Notes under the pieces: model-generated
The model's input: the letters and a program-made list of their open reading frames with translations, nothing else
Told to the model about the DNA's origin: nothing
Databases searched by the model: none
Source: the human T2T-CHM13v2.0 reference genome, Homo sapiens
DNA length: 64,000 nt
Direction: 5' to 3' (one strand)
Assembly: GCF_009914755.1 (NCBI RefSeq)
Contig: NC_060937.1
Program-made: the position numbers and the translations under genes
In this document: positions 42,691 through 55,712 of the stretch, piece after piece
How the letters are laid out: the number at the start of each line of letters is the position of its first letter
How positions within the stretch are numbered: position 1 is the stretch's first letter

Positions 42691-45373
42691 CCCTAACCCC
42701 TCTGAACTTCAGGTTAACATGCACAAAATGTGAGTTGTGCCAGATGAACTCCATGATGCCTTCAAGCTAAATTGTCTTGAATTCTGTCTGCAAGCCTCCT
42801 GATTTTGGTAAAGCAGTGGTTTCTGATGGCTCTTGACACTTCAGTCCAAAGTGAAGCCCAGCTTCCTAGCAAGACAAGACAGTGCAGGTCCTGTTAACCT
42901 ACCATCAGGCCTAGAGAGACCTCAGAAGTTAAAAAAGAACCTCACATTCCTGGTGACAGACATAACAGAATTTTTAACTAACCACCCACAAATCCACAAT
43001 AATATATTTCACTTAGAAATGAATTAGCGAATTCTACTCTCTCCTTCTCCTGGCTGCCTGGCACAACCCCTCCTCTGCCTGTTTCTCAGCATCCCTACCT
43101 GAACCTCTTCTCATGCAATATTAGCACTGCAAATGCTTTAAGCGAGGAGGGGGCAGGAACCTCCTAGTCCATGATTCTTTCCCATTGTGTGCTTCCGTCT
43201 CCAGGAGGGGAAGGATGGCTGGCACTGCCTCCAGCTGTAAGAGAACCCTACTGGGCTTGTCTGTATCCACCATGCTATGGGCTCAATTACACACTGCCCA
43301 TCTCCAGTTCTCCCCTTGGCTCTTGCTAAGTGACCCTCAGTATCCCCAGACCTCCTCAATTCTCTTCCTCCTGCATCCTTCTTTTCCTCCTACTTCTCTT
43401 TATTTTCCTCTTTTATTCTTCCTATTTGGTTTTATTTGACAGTGTTTCACTTAAGCTGAAAAAGCATCAGGTGACACTGTATTTTTTAACATTTTAAAGT
43501 CTTCACGTTTTATTTGGTGGGAAGGATAATAGAAGTATGCAGCTGTTATATGTACCTCTGTACTCCCTGTTGCTCAGTAAGGAAGTTTTGAGAGTCGAAA
43601 GGGTATTGAGGTGGCTCAGAGAAAAAACAGTCAGGGGCATCCAAAAGAATCTACTTGTCCCTGTTCAGAAGGTGTTGGAGGGTGGTGCATGGAGGCACAC
43701 TTGGCTGTTGGAGTTCGATTCATTGTTACTGTGTTGTTCCAGCCCTGGCCTTGCTGTCTCGTAGCTCACCGGTAGCCAACTAGCAAAATTAGAGAAAGCA
43801 AAATGTTACTACATTTCATAGATTAACTTAATAGAAGATAAATTCTTAGTTGAGAACATATAAGATTTATAGGAAAACTAAGTTTTAAACTCTGGATTTT
43901 CATCATGAACTATGTCATTGTGAAATATCTGAACTCATGTATTTGGTTACTCTTCAGTTTTAAAATGCTTTTCAAGTGTTTAAAAGCAACACCAAAGAAT
44001 CATTTTACATACCTTTCCTGTATTATTGCAGAAGTTCATTGTCTTCCTGGAAATATAAAAGAATTAAAAGGCCATCATCTCATACATTATTAAACATAAC
44101 AAATCCTACTACTGGCTAAATCAATGAACCATTAACCTTCTCACAACACAGTGTGTCGGGAATCAATTTCATAAATAATAGACTTTTGCAATGATAGTGC
44201 AAAATGGGATTTCGGCACAGCTAACACTGGAATGCCAGACAAAAAGCCAAAGTGTTGAGACATTACTTGATCCTTCTGCCAGGAGAATCAATGCAGGAAA
44301 AGAACCCAAATTACCTGTCATCATACAATGTGCTGCATCTTTTGCTTACATAATTGTTTGACAGATTTATACCTCTTGAAATTATTTCATATGGCTAAGC
44401 TAGATTGGATTTCATGTGTTAGCTATGACACAGGGAAACATTCAGTTGTCCTGGTGGATTTGCTTCACAATTCATAACCTCATTAGTTTTGCTTATATTT
44501 TGAGTCTATAATTTTTTAAGAAACCAGTTACTTCAAAAAAAGAGAGTAAAGTAGCTATTGGCACACAGACATAAGTCACAGTAACATTGTCCCTTTTAAC
44601 AGGGTAGTGGAAAAGAAGGTAAGTTTAACTGATGCCGCCTCGGCTGCTGGAGCCTAATGCCATGAGAGCAACCTGAGCTCATAGGCGTCTGTACCAAGAA
44701 ACCCAGACCTAGTTTTTAACGTTCAAGTTTCATTTCTCTGAATTGTAAGGATGAATTCTCATGGTTAGGAAGGTTGATAAAGGTAAAATATAGTACCGTT
44801 TATATGATTTGAAAGGTTTACCTGTATTTGATGAAACTGGACTCTCTCCGATAGCGCTAAGCATGCTTTCTCAGCCTTGAAGAGATGCGTGGGTTTTTGT
44901 AACACCCCAATGGGGGAAATAAGACTTGAGTGAACTGGGAGATTTCAGAGGATCAGAATTTCATTTAAAGAGGCTGATAGCATTTGGTCTTTCCATATCA
45001 CTGTATAATTTGCTGTACCCTTAGCAAAACAGAAACATATAAAATAAGTCCAGTGCATTTGATCTCATCACTGAAGACAAAGTGGAGCTGTTGTGTCTCC
45101 TCATTCAACAATGCATCACACTTCACTGCCTCAGCACAGAAGCCATGCCCTCATGGGAAGAGCAGGGTGGAGAGAAAGTGCAGGAGAGGATCATGAAGAG
45201 GCAGGCTCAGGATGGATATGCTCTAAGATGTGCTCTAATACCCCAGTATTCAGTCTGTAAATTATAATATCCATAGAAGATTGTGGAAAATGTATGATCT
45301 AGAGAGGAAAACACCAGAAATTCTGTATTTCTAACTAAATATATGTGTGTATATATATTTTCATTATATATAT

Positions 45374-45511
45374 AAGCAGAAGTTGAATTATATTACACTA
45401 TGATTACAGTCATAGAGATATGTATATATACATGTATACTCATCTAGATTATATACATGTACATACACACATGTCTCTGATTGTTAATTATAATATCATT
45501 AACTTCTGCTT
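45374..45511. repeat. Imperfect inverted repeat (fold-back), ~60-65-bp arms
   Basis: AAGCAGAAGTT...TACATGTATA [CTCATCTAGAT] TATACATGTA...AACTTCTGCTT. Confidence 0.8.
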
Positions 45512-46164
45512 GTTCCTGCTTAATGTTCTATCATTACGAGGATAATCTTAAAAATATTTAACAACTAGTATAGCACAGATATTGACATAGGAGGCAGGGC
45601 AGTAAATAGTTGGTCTGAATGGACACTAACCATAAACAGCCGTTTGCCCATACCCATGCACACTGGCTAAATATTGACCTTGATTGAAAGTACTCTTACC
45701 TATTGTTGCAGAGTCTATGAGTAAAGCATTAATGACTTCATTAAACATAATCACCTATCTCTTGCCCTACTGTTAATTATTTAGGGTGCTCCCATTTTCT
45801 AGTGTTATAAATAATTGTGCAGTGAACAAATTATGTCATGTTAAGATGTTTGTAAGAATTGAATTATAAGTGATTATAAGTCTGATTCTTAGTTCCAAAA
45901 ACTGGAAAGTTGACAGCATTTCAAAAGAATAAGTCACAGTTGAGTCAGAAGTTCATGGGTGTCAGTATAGATCCAAACACTGCTTTGCTGTGTGATCTTG
46001 AATGTATCACCTATAAAAATAGCTTTATCTATATTGGTTTTCCAGCCTGCCAAGTGAAAATCGTGCCCATAGTTGACAAAAGGCTCCCAAGGTTGTGCAA
46101 TAAAAAGCCCTGACATGTTCATTACAAGCAAAGATGTCTGGAAAGATGTTGGATGATGAGGGGA

Positions 46165-46330
46165 AGCAGTGCCAAATCTGGAGTCTGGGTCTGAATCCTG
46201 GCTTTGCCTCCTACTTGCTGTGTGATCTTCAGCAAGTCACTAGACTCTCTGAGCTTCTTTCGTCAAATTGTGGCAACGTATCCCCTGCCTACTTTGGAGT
46301 TACTTGGAGGATATGGTGTAAGTGGCAAGT
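46165..46330 (+). mobile_element. MIR SINE
   Basis: CTGGGTCTGAATCCTGGCTTTGCCTCCTACTTGCTGTGTGATCTTCAGCAAGTCACT..CTCTCTGAGC. Confidence 0.8.
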
Positions 46331-46479
46331 CTCATTAACTCCAAAGGACTTTTGGAATGGGAAGAGTTATTCGTTTATATGAAAAGATACCTATATTGAT
46401 ATCTTTTAAAATTATTCTGAAGTTTTCCAAATATTCTGATACTCAACACTCAAAATGAATATGAATTTTTCCCGCTTTG

Positions 46480-47045
46480 TTACCCTCCCAGTCCACTCCC
46501 CGACCCCGCCTCAGAGCCATGTGCAAGTGGTATACATACGCATTCTGTGCCTGCTGTGAAACTTTTACCATGGAGAAGATAATGTGCATCTGTGAATAAT
46601 ATATAGTATTGTCTTTAGAGTCTTTAAATATTAGATAAAGATACCAAAACTCTCTGTATTCTCCTGTAACTCGTTCAACATTTATAAGATTCATCCATGT
46701 TCATATACGCAGCTCTTATTCATTCATTTTTATTGCTGCCCAAACTCCATTACATGCATTCTCTGCCATGCTCGTGGGTATCTCGGTTTGTTTCCAATGT
46801 GGAACTATTGCAAACTAAGCTGTGAGGAGCATATCTGCACATATCTTTTGTGCACCTGTCTAATGTTTCTCTAGGGCTAGAAGTGGAATTGTTGGGTCAT
46901 GTGCACACCTCTACCACTAGTAGAGTTAGCAAAATGCCGTCAAAGTAGTGCTAACAATTTGCACTGCTCTCTCCATCAGTGTGTAAGAGTCCCCAATTCT
47001 CCACATACTCACCAGCCCTTGGTGTTTTTGACTTTTTAATTTTAA
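46480..47045 (-). mobile_element. L1ME-like 3' remnant
   Basis: AGATTCATCCATGTT...TTCATTCATTTTTATTGCTG...AGAAGTGGAATTGTTGGGTCA...CTCCACATACTCACCAGCCCTTGGT. Confidence 0.75.
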
Positions 47046-47426
47046 TAGTATCTAAATGAACATGAGTAAATATTCATGGGTCTATGAATAAATATTAGAA
47101 TTTGATTCAGTTTAGCAAGTGGTGGTAATTCTGTTTGTGTCAACGTTGACCCATGTTAACCAAAGTAGATACCTAACATAAAGAAATGGAAAGTACCCAG
47201 GACCTTGAGCTCTGAGGATGAGTGAAACCCCAGCACTGCCTTTCCTAGCCGTGGCTGCTATGGGCTTCCAACATCTCTTTCTGTCCTGGAGAGACTGAAC
47301 TTTCCGAAGTCTCGGGAGGAATAAGTGAAATGCTGTATGTGGCCACTAAGTCAGAATCACCAAAGCTAGCGCCAAGAATCTGCATTTCCAACACACTCTG
47401 TAGCAAATCTTTATACCTAGGTTAGG

Positions 47427-47500
47427 ATATATATATATATAGATAGATAGATATAGATACAGATATAGATGTAGATATAGATATAGATATAGATATAGAT
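47427..47500 (+). repeat. Compound microsatellite (AT)n(AGAT)n(ATATAG)n
   Basis: Directly visible. Confidence 0.92.
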
Positions 47501-49836
47501 CGATCGTGATTCATCAAACAAGGTAGAAAAGCTCAACACTGGGCATAGTGTCAGTCAAGAGTAATGCAAAAAGTTGGTTAAGTGGGTCTACGTGACAAAA
47601 TAGAAATGGAGAAAGGAATTCTAAAGAAATATGGAAAATCAGGTGAAACATCTCTGACTTTTAAAAATGTAACATCGACTTCTGGCATGAGTGCCTTCTT
47701 GGGATGTGTTTTGTAATCGTCTCCTTACTGACTGCTGCAAATAATCTTCACACAGGCACAGTCAAAGCTCTTCACTCCAAGGGGACTGTCCCTCCCGGAC
47801 TCCCTCAAACGTCTTTGCTTCTGGGATTTTGAGCACTTTGATTTCTGGAAGGAATGCCCTAAGAATAGATGAAAAGATTGCCAGTTCTGGAGGACCTACC
47901 AAGTGCAGGCACTGAGTGACTTTCATGTACTTTCGTATTTACACCTCGCCACAATTCCACGAGATAGGTCATTCCCCGCCCCCCACCCCCCAACCCCCGT
48001 CCACCCCGCTTTTTTTTTTTTTTTTTTTTTTTTTTTGCTAATTAGCAGGAAATGTCCAAGTGTCAAAGCCAGGGCTCAGCCCAGGCCAATCAGGGACACT
48101 TGAGTTCACTCTGTCTCTCCAGAGCCTGGCAGTATCAGGACCACAGTGAGAGCTGGACCCAGAAAGAACAGACTATAGCAATTCAAGAGAGCTGTTTTTC
48201 ATAGAGCAAGGAAGACATGGAAGAAAAAATACCTTCTTGGCTTCTGTCACCCTCAGAGAGACTGAAAGGAATAGGGGATGCAGCAGTTGCTTCTACCTCT
48301 GTGCTTATCTCTCAAGAAAAGGAGACAGGTGGAATGAGAGAAAAACAAGTCCTTCTAGCTGGATGCCTCTGAGATCTGTCCCAGTGTCTTCACCCTAACC
48401 TGCTTCATTTTTCCCTCTGGCTTTTAGCGAAGGAGTTTTGAATTATTTTAAGATGCTCAGGGAACCCACTGTTCAAGGATAGCAGCAATGAGAAGGAGCG
48501 GGGATGGAACCAGGGTCTGGTCTTCGGAATGTCCAGCTGCCTCCAGAGAAGCCCACCAGCGGGAGACTGGCATAAACCAGCAGAGCCCAGGAACGCGAGG
48601 GCTCAACTTGATGGAGCAGTAACTTGGAAACAGCTTAAATGACCTCTAAGAGCAGATTTCCTAAACAGATTGGAGTTAGTTGTGCAATGGAATACTGTGC
48701 TGCTTTAAAAATGATGTGAAAGAAAGTTACCGTGGAGAATGTTCGTGATTGATACTGAAAAATTCAGGTGGTATAATACTAGTTTTGTGTTTTAAAAAAG
48801 TTTATATATACATGTGTTATGTGTATGTATGTGTGCATATAAACTTTTACAATACAGATCTATAAATATAAACTTTATAACAAATCCAGGACTTGAAAGA
48901 CACGTACTAAAATTAATAGGTGATTTTATAAAAAGTTTTGGACTTATTTTAATATTCTCTCTCTATGTGCATGTGTGTCTAGGTGTGTGTATACTATATA
49001 TACACATAGACACATACATACGTACTCTGGACTTAAATGTGAAACATAAAACTTTTAGGAAAAAGAATAGGAGGAAAATCTTCAGGATCTAGGACTAAGC
49101 AAAGAATTCTTGGGTTGGGTGTCAGAAGCATGATCCGGAAAAGAAAAAAATTAATAAATTAGATCTCATCAAAATTAAAAACTTCTGCTTTGCAAAATAC
49201 CCTAAGAGGATGAAAATATGAGCCACAGACTAATAGAAGATATTTGCAAACCACATATCTGACAAAGGACTAATATACATAAAGAACTCTTAAAACTCAG
49301 CAGTAAAAAAAAAAAATCCAATTAGAACGTAGATAAGAGATATGAGCAGCCATCTCACTGAAGAAGATGTACAGATGGAAAATAAGATATACAGATGTTC
49401 AACATCATTAGCCGTTTGGGAAATGCAAATTAAAACAACAATGTGATGTCACTGTATATACCTATCAGAATGACTGAAATAGAAAATAGCGACATCACCA
49501 AACGCAGGTGAGAATGTGGAAAAACTAGGCTCCACCTGTGTTGCCGGTGAGAATGTGAAATGGTACAGCCACTCTGGAAAGCAGTTTGGCAGTTTCATGT
49601 AAAACTAAACATTCCATTACCATGCAATCCAGTGATTGTATTCCCAGGCATTTATCCCAGAGCAATGAAGACTTACGTTCACACAAAAAATCCTATACAC
49701 CATTGCTCACGGAGGCTTCATTTGTAATAATCCAAAACTGGAAATAATCCAGAAGGCCTTCCGTGGGCACATGATTAAACAACTGTGGCACATCCACACC
49801 ACAGACTGCTACTTAGCGGTAATCAGGAACAAACCA

Positions 49837-50509
<673 letters not shown>

Positions 50510-51197
50510 TACTGATAAACACAACAACCTTGATGAATCTTCATTGATTGAGTGCAAAAAGCCAGTCCCAAAGGTTACATACTGCATGACTCCATGTATA
50601 AAACCTCAAAATGACAAAATTATAGAAACGGAGAATAGTAGTTCAAAGGGTTATGGATGAAGTAGGGTGGGATGGCTGGAGGAAGGTGAGTGTGGTTTTA
50701 AAAGGGAAGTGTGAGAGACCCTTGTGGTAAGGGAATTGTTTTGTAACTTGATTGTGGTGGCAGATGCCTGAAACTACATGTAGTAAAATTGCATAGAACT
50801 AAATATGCGTGCACACACATGCATACACACAAATGAGTTTAGGTAAAAACAGGGAAATTAAACAAGATCAGCAGATTGTATCAATGTCTGTATCCTGATT
50901 GTGATATTGTATTATAATTTTCCAAGATGTTGCTACTGGGGGGAACTGAGTGTAGGGTGTAGAAGATTGCGCCGTATTAATTTCTCAAAATTTCATGTGA
51001 GTGATATAATTGAAGGAAAAAAATAATTTTAAAGTTATGATTTTTTGATTTGTATAAATTATATAATGCATAATTATATAACATATATTATTATAATATA
51101 TAGTATACGTTATAGCTTGGTATTTATAAGAAATAAATTAATTAGTAATACAATCACTGAAGGACTTAACCAGTTTGAAATTTTCGACTCTTTTCTT

Positions 51198-51253
51198 GCA
51201 AGATAAAATTAATAACTTGCTCCCCGCAAGATAAAATTAATAACTTCCTCCCC
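51198..51253 (+). repeat. 28-bp tandem duplication
   Basis: GCAAGATAAAATTAATAACTT(G/C)CTCCCC twice, one mismatch. Confidence 0.93.
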
Positions 51254-51269
51254 TTTTCCGTAAAACTCT

Positions 51270-51730
51270 ATGAAAGCATTGTCTATATTCATTGCACCCA
51301 ATTTCTCTTCTTCCATTCTCTCTTTAATTCACTTTAATTAGGATTCATCTCCACAGTCTTACCAAAAGGTATCAACATCACCAGTACTAACTGCGGCGCC
51401 AGTTCTCAGCCCCTGCTCCCTGACCTAGCAGCATCCTCTGTCATGGCTGGCAGCGTCCCTCTTGCTGTGTTTTCTGTGTGTGGCCTCCTGGTTCCCACTC
51501 TCTGCCTCGCCTCTGACAGCAGAATGCCTGCTCAGTGGCTGATCCTCTGCCCCAGTCTGCCTGCACATGCTCTCGTGGCTTTAACACCATCTGTGTGTCT
51601 GCTACTCCCACTCTTATATTTCCAGCTCACTCCTTTCTCCCGAACTGTGGATTCATTTATCTAGCTGCACACTTGACATCTACATCTCCATTTAGATATC
51701 CGCCAGACACTTCAAAATTTAGCATCCCTC
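51270..51730 (+). mobile_element. L2 remnant
   Basis: Pyrimidine-rich L2-like body (TGACCTAGCAGCATCC...TTATATTTCCAGCTCACTCCTTTCTCCCGAACT...CTTGACATCTACATCT). Confidence 0.65.
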
Positions 51731-51734
51731 CAAT

Positions 51735-51964
51735 CACTGCCTCTGTATTCACAGAGGTCCCTTCTCTCTGTGTGTGTCTCTGTGTACAAATTTCCCCCCT
51801 TATTATAAGAACACCAGTCATATTGGCTTTAGGGCCCACTCTAATCCAATATGACCTCATCTTAACTTGATAACATCTGCAGAGACCCTGGATTCAAATA
51901 TGGTCATATTCACAGGGTCTGGGTGAACGTGAATTTTAGGGGGACACTATTAACTCAGTGTACA
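51735..51964 (-). mobile_element. MLT1B/C-like MaLR LTR fragment
   Basis: TATAAGAACACCAGTCATATTGG..TTAGGGCCCACTCTAATCCAATATGACCTCATCTTAACTTGAT..CATCTGCAGAGACCCT...GGGGGACACTATT. Confidence 0.85.
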
Positions 51965-52731
51965 TACTCTATTAATTATATAAGTGATTTGTTTTGTTAT
52001 TGTTTGACTCTTGGTTCTAGAATGTAATTTTCTTAGATGCAGGACTCTTTTTTTTTGGTCCTGATCATATCCCAAGTTCCTGATGCTTTGTCTAGCAAAG
52101 AGCAGAATCTCACTAAATTAAAGAGTGTGTTTACATCTGTGATGAATTATAATACAATGACACCCTTTTAAGGGTAGTACATGTGGACATGTCAACTTCT
52201 TTGACCATGTTTTTGAACAGATAGACAAATACAAAATACCAAGTGATCAGTTAAAACAGAGACCTTCTTTAGCCATTTGGAATAAACATCATGTCCTCTA
52301 ATTTATATTCTTGCTGTATTTAAGTGACAATTTTGCTGTGTTTGATCGTATTTCTAGAGATAAAGAACCACATGAGTCTAATTCAGAGCATCCGTGCACT
52401 TGCTAACAAAGCACTTTCAGTGACTGCTGCTTCATTTCTCGCTTTCTGATGGACTGCTGAGTCACTGCAGCCAGATCATCCTCTGAGAATCTAGGACTTG
52501 GTATGCCCGAGACTTGCTGCTGCTCATTGGTGCAGCTGAGTTTGATCATTATCTGCTGTGGGCTGCAAATGGGCAGTGGCCCCAAATGCACTCTGAAGGT
52601 CAGGAGAAAATTAACTCTGTGTCTTGTCTCTAAAAGTTAGATCTTGTTCAGTTCTAACGTGTGTGGGCATGCATATATGTATGTGTGTGATGTGTGCGCA
52701 TGTATGTGTGTGCTGTAAGGAGTGTATATCA

Positions 52732-53178
52732 CAGGGTGGAGAATAGGGTGGGGTGAGTGAGGCTTTCACAACTGGGGCATCAAAAGTCTCAGTAATCAAG
52801 ATAAATAATATTTTAATGTCCTATTTTTAAAAGTTAAAAATAACATTAAAATTCACAACAAATTATCAAATTTTTAAATGAAAATGGGCTGCTGTTTATT
52901 TTATGACACTGTATTATAGTCATCAGGAACAGCCAGTGGGTCCTGGTCCTTGTGGCTGGGCTCCCGTCCCCTCGGCAGGGGTTTTCTGAGGGCTGACAGT
53001 GGTGTATGAGCAGATTGAGCCATGTGGGTATTATATATAGTCATGTTTTTATTGTATAGCTTTTATTTACTTTTTCCACTTGGTTCAAAATATGGGAGGA
53101 TATTCTGACAAGTGTCTGTAGGAACACACATTTTTTTCCTTTTGCCTCATGTTCCATCATGGGTCAGCACACCCGTGT
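52732..53178. mobile_element. Probable hAT-Tip100 (ORSL-like) fossil
   Basis: CAGGG..TAGGGTGGGGTGAGTGAGGC start, GTAATCAAGATAAATAATATTTTAATG core and TTTTCCTTTTGCCTCA end resemble the recalled consensus; family name uncertain. Confidence 0.45.
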
Positions 53179-53369
53179 GCATATGTGTTCACGTGTGTGC
53201 ATGTATGTGTTGAGTGTTCACTTGTCCATTCTAGGGGTTGGCTCTGGAACATCTATGAATGGTTAGGTGGTTGTTGGTCAGATTCAGTTAAGAGGACCCC
53301 CTACAGTTTGACTTCATTTCAGTCCCACTAGCAGATCAGGGCTATTCTGGCTGATTCCAAGGTGGTCCA

Positions 53370-54090
53370 GGGCACTCCGGAGCGAGCGCATGTAGGGATG
53401 TGCAGCCAGGGCTCTCTCATCCATCCTGAGTGACATTGCAACCTATGCATGAGACACTTTTTGGAGTTCACAGTGCATGCAGTCATACGTGTTAGAAAAA
53501 GCCTTTCAAACTAACCTCCATGATGTCTTCCTACACTCCAGAAATCTGGAGCCCTGATGCCCTAACAGGGTGCGGACCCCTTTGCTTGACCTTGCTTGCC
53601 CACAGCTCGAGCGCCCTTTTGCTAAACGTCGCTGAAAACTCTGCTACACGCCCTTTCTTAACTGGCTTGAAAATGGCTCAGAAGAGTAGGAGAAAGTCCC
53701 TACTGTGCCTGTGGTTCCCGAGAGAATAGAAGATCCAGAAAGAATTGTTGTGCGGTATTTCCCCTTTTCCACACCATAAAACCTACCCAAACCTGCTTAT
53801 GGGCAGTTAGGCTAGATGACTAGAAAATAAAACAGTGTGCACATAGTGCTCTGTAACCCCTCACCAGGAGCGGCCCTGTGCCCGCAACAGGCTGGAGGGC
53901 TCCCTTCTCGCTCTGCCTTTCCAGGCTCCAGTCAGCATCATTTGCTTTCCTGGCACGATTTTTGCGGTCTGCTCATGTTGTTTACATCATTATTTCTGTC
54001 CTGAAGTCAGCAGCACTGTGCATTGGGCTTAGATTTTTGACAGCGATTTTGGCAGATGTGCGCTACAGTGGGAAGACATGTAGGTATCTT
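53370..54090. promoter_or_regulatory. Repeat-free CpG-retaining segment; candidate enhancer or weak alternative promoter
   Basis: About 19 CpGs in ~700 bp by hand count, visibly above the flanks; TGTTTAC (53979), TGCGGT (53751, 53963), TGTGGTT (53710), GCGCATGT (53386). Confidence 0.35.
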
Positions 54091-54689
54091 ACATAAATCT
54101 TAATGGTTTCAATGATTGTAAATGTCTGTGGCACTCAAAGTTGACTTCTTTTTAAAGATTGGTTATTGACAGGGTTCTTGGGGAAAAGCCTTTTTAGTTT
54201 CAGTCTATCATGTGATATAATTTGAGGTATTCTGATCCTTCATCTAGGGATGATGTATATGTGAATTAAATTCACAGCACTTTTGCACTAGAGTGGGAGC
54301 CCACAAAGAGAAAATGACTGAAGATAAGATCCTTCTTACAGCATATTAAAAAGAGTGTGCTTTCAAGGAAGAAAAATGGTGGGTGATTTCTGATACCACA
54401 AATAATTATGTATTAGCCATATAAAGTAATTTCAAGTGGGAAATAATTTCTGTCCACGTTAAGTAAAACTGTTTTAAAATCAGATGCTCTACTATTAGTA
54501 GTAAATGAAAAAAATGAAATAATTAGATAGTTTTTTCTGCCTAAGCACTGAAATTATGGGAAAGGGCTTATTTAAGGTAGAAATGTATTGTTCTGAAATA
54601 TTTTAAAAATTTCTTAGAAATTCAACTCTAAGAATAGGTATTTCTCTAGACCCAGAAAAATGTTGAAAAGCTGGAATCTCAATGGCTTG

Positions 54690-55190
54690 CTGTGGCCCTT
54701 AAAATAGAAACTGCACTACACAGCAGGAGCTATGGAACTGTGGGCTCTTCCTCCTCCCTGCTCTCTGGTGTCATCACACATCAGTAATCCCTCATTCTCT
54801 TCACTGAAATGGCCCTGACCAGTTTTCAGGTACTTGTGTCTGAACTTCTGTCCTGCCACTGGGCCTTTGCATATTCTATTCTCACCCCAGGGCCATCCTT
54901 CCCTCCATTCTTCACAGATCTCGGCTAAAGCAACCCATCTTCAAGGAAGCTTGTCTTGACCTTCTTAACTAGATAAACCTTCGCCACCATCTCACCACAC
55001 GTAACACCCTCATCATGTCTCTGTCCATTAGCTCTTATCAGAGCTGCATTTTTGTAGTTACATTTAAGATCATTCTACAGTAACTCTTGACCTCTATGTA
55101 GCCCATAGTTGCTTAAGAGCTGGGACTTAAGCCCAGTTTTGCTTATCATGATATCTGTTGTCTTTCCTGACACCTTAATATAAATTTTGG
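54690..55190 (+). mobile_element. L2 3' remnant
   Basis: TCCTGCCACTGGGCCTTTGCATATTCTATTC...TTCTTCACAGATCTCGGCTAAA...TCTTCAAGGAAGCTTGTCTTGACC. Confidence 0.7.
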
Positions 55191-55544
55191 GAGGAAGTGA
55201 AAACAATGTGTGGGGCCAGTCCTTCTTTAATGGCTAATTTAAATATAAGGTAAGTAAATTGCTTTTAAAACACTTGCTGTGTTTTCAAATAAGGGTTTTA
55301 TGTTTTGATGCAGTAGACGATGTTGTAGAGAAATCTTCTGTATTTATTTGGCTATCATTACAGTTTCTGCTATTAATGCAACATTAACATGTCCACTGTG
55401 TTCTGAGTGGAAGGGAAATGTTAGGGATGCAGCTCTTGTTGCTCTGAAATATTTTTTTCCTACTGTGGATGGTGGGGAATAATTAAATGCCATGAAAATT
55501 GAATTTCCACAAAATTGATGCAGTGAGGAAGCATGTCTTTCACC

Positions 55545-55712
55545 AAAACACTCCAAATGACAAAATGATAGAAATGCAGAATAGATGAGTAGTTCAAGAG
55601 GTTATGGACGAGGCTAGGGTGGGATGGCTGGAGGAAGGTGAGTGTGGTTTTAAAAGGGAAGTGTGAGAGATCCTTGTCGTAAGGGAATTGTTTTGTAACT
55701 TGATTGTGGTGG
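55545..55712 (+). repeat. Isolated copy of the L1MC1 segment at 50600-50760
   Basis: 55615-55712 matches 50663-50760 at 96/98 positions; upstream ~65 bp align with several substitutions and indels. Confidence 0.93.

Noticed and set aside
54009-54033. AGCAGCACTGTGCATTGGGCTTAGA resembles miR-103/107 (AGCAGCAUUGUACAGGGCUAU..)
   Set aside because: Several mismatches plus a gap, and I find no complementary arm nearby to form a pre-miRNA hairpin.
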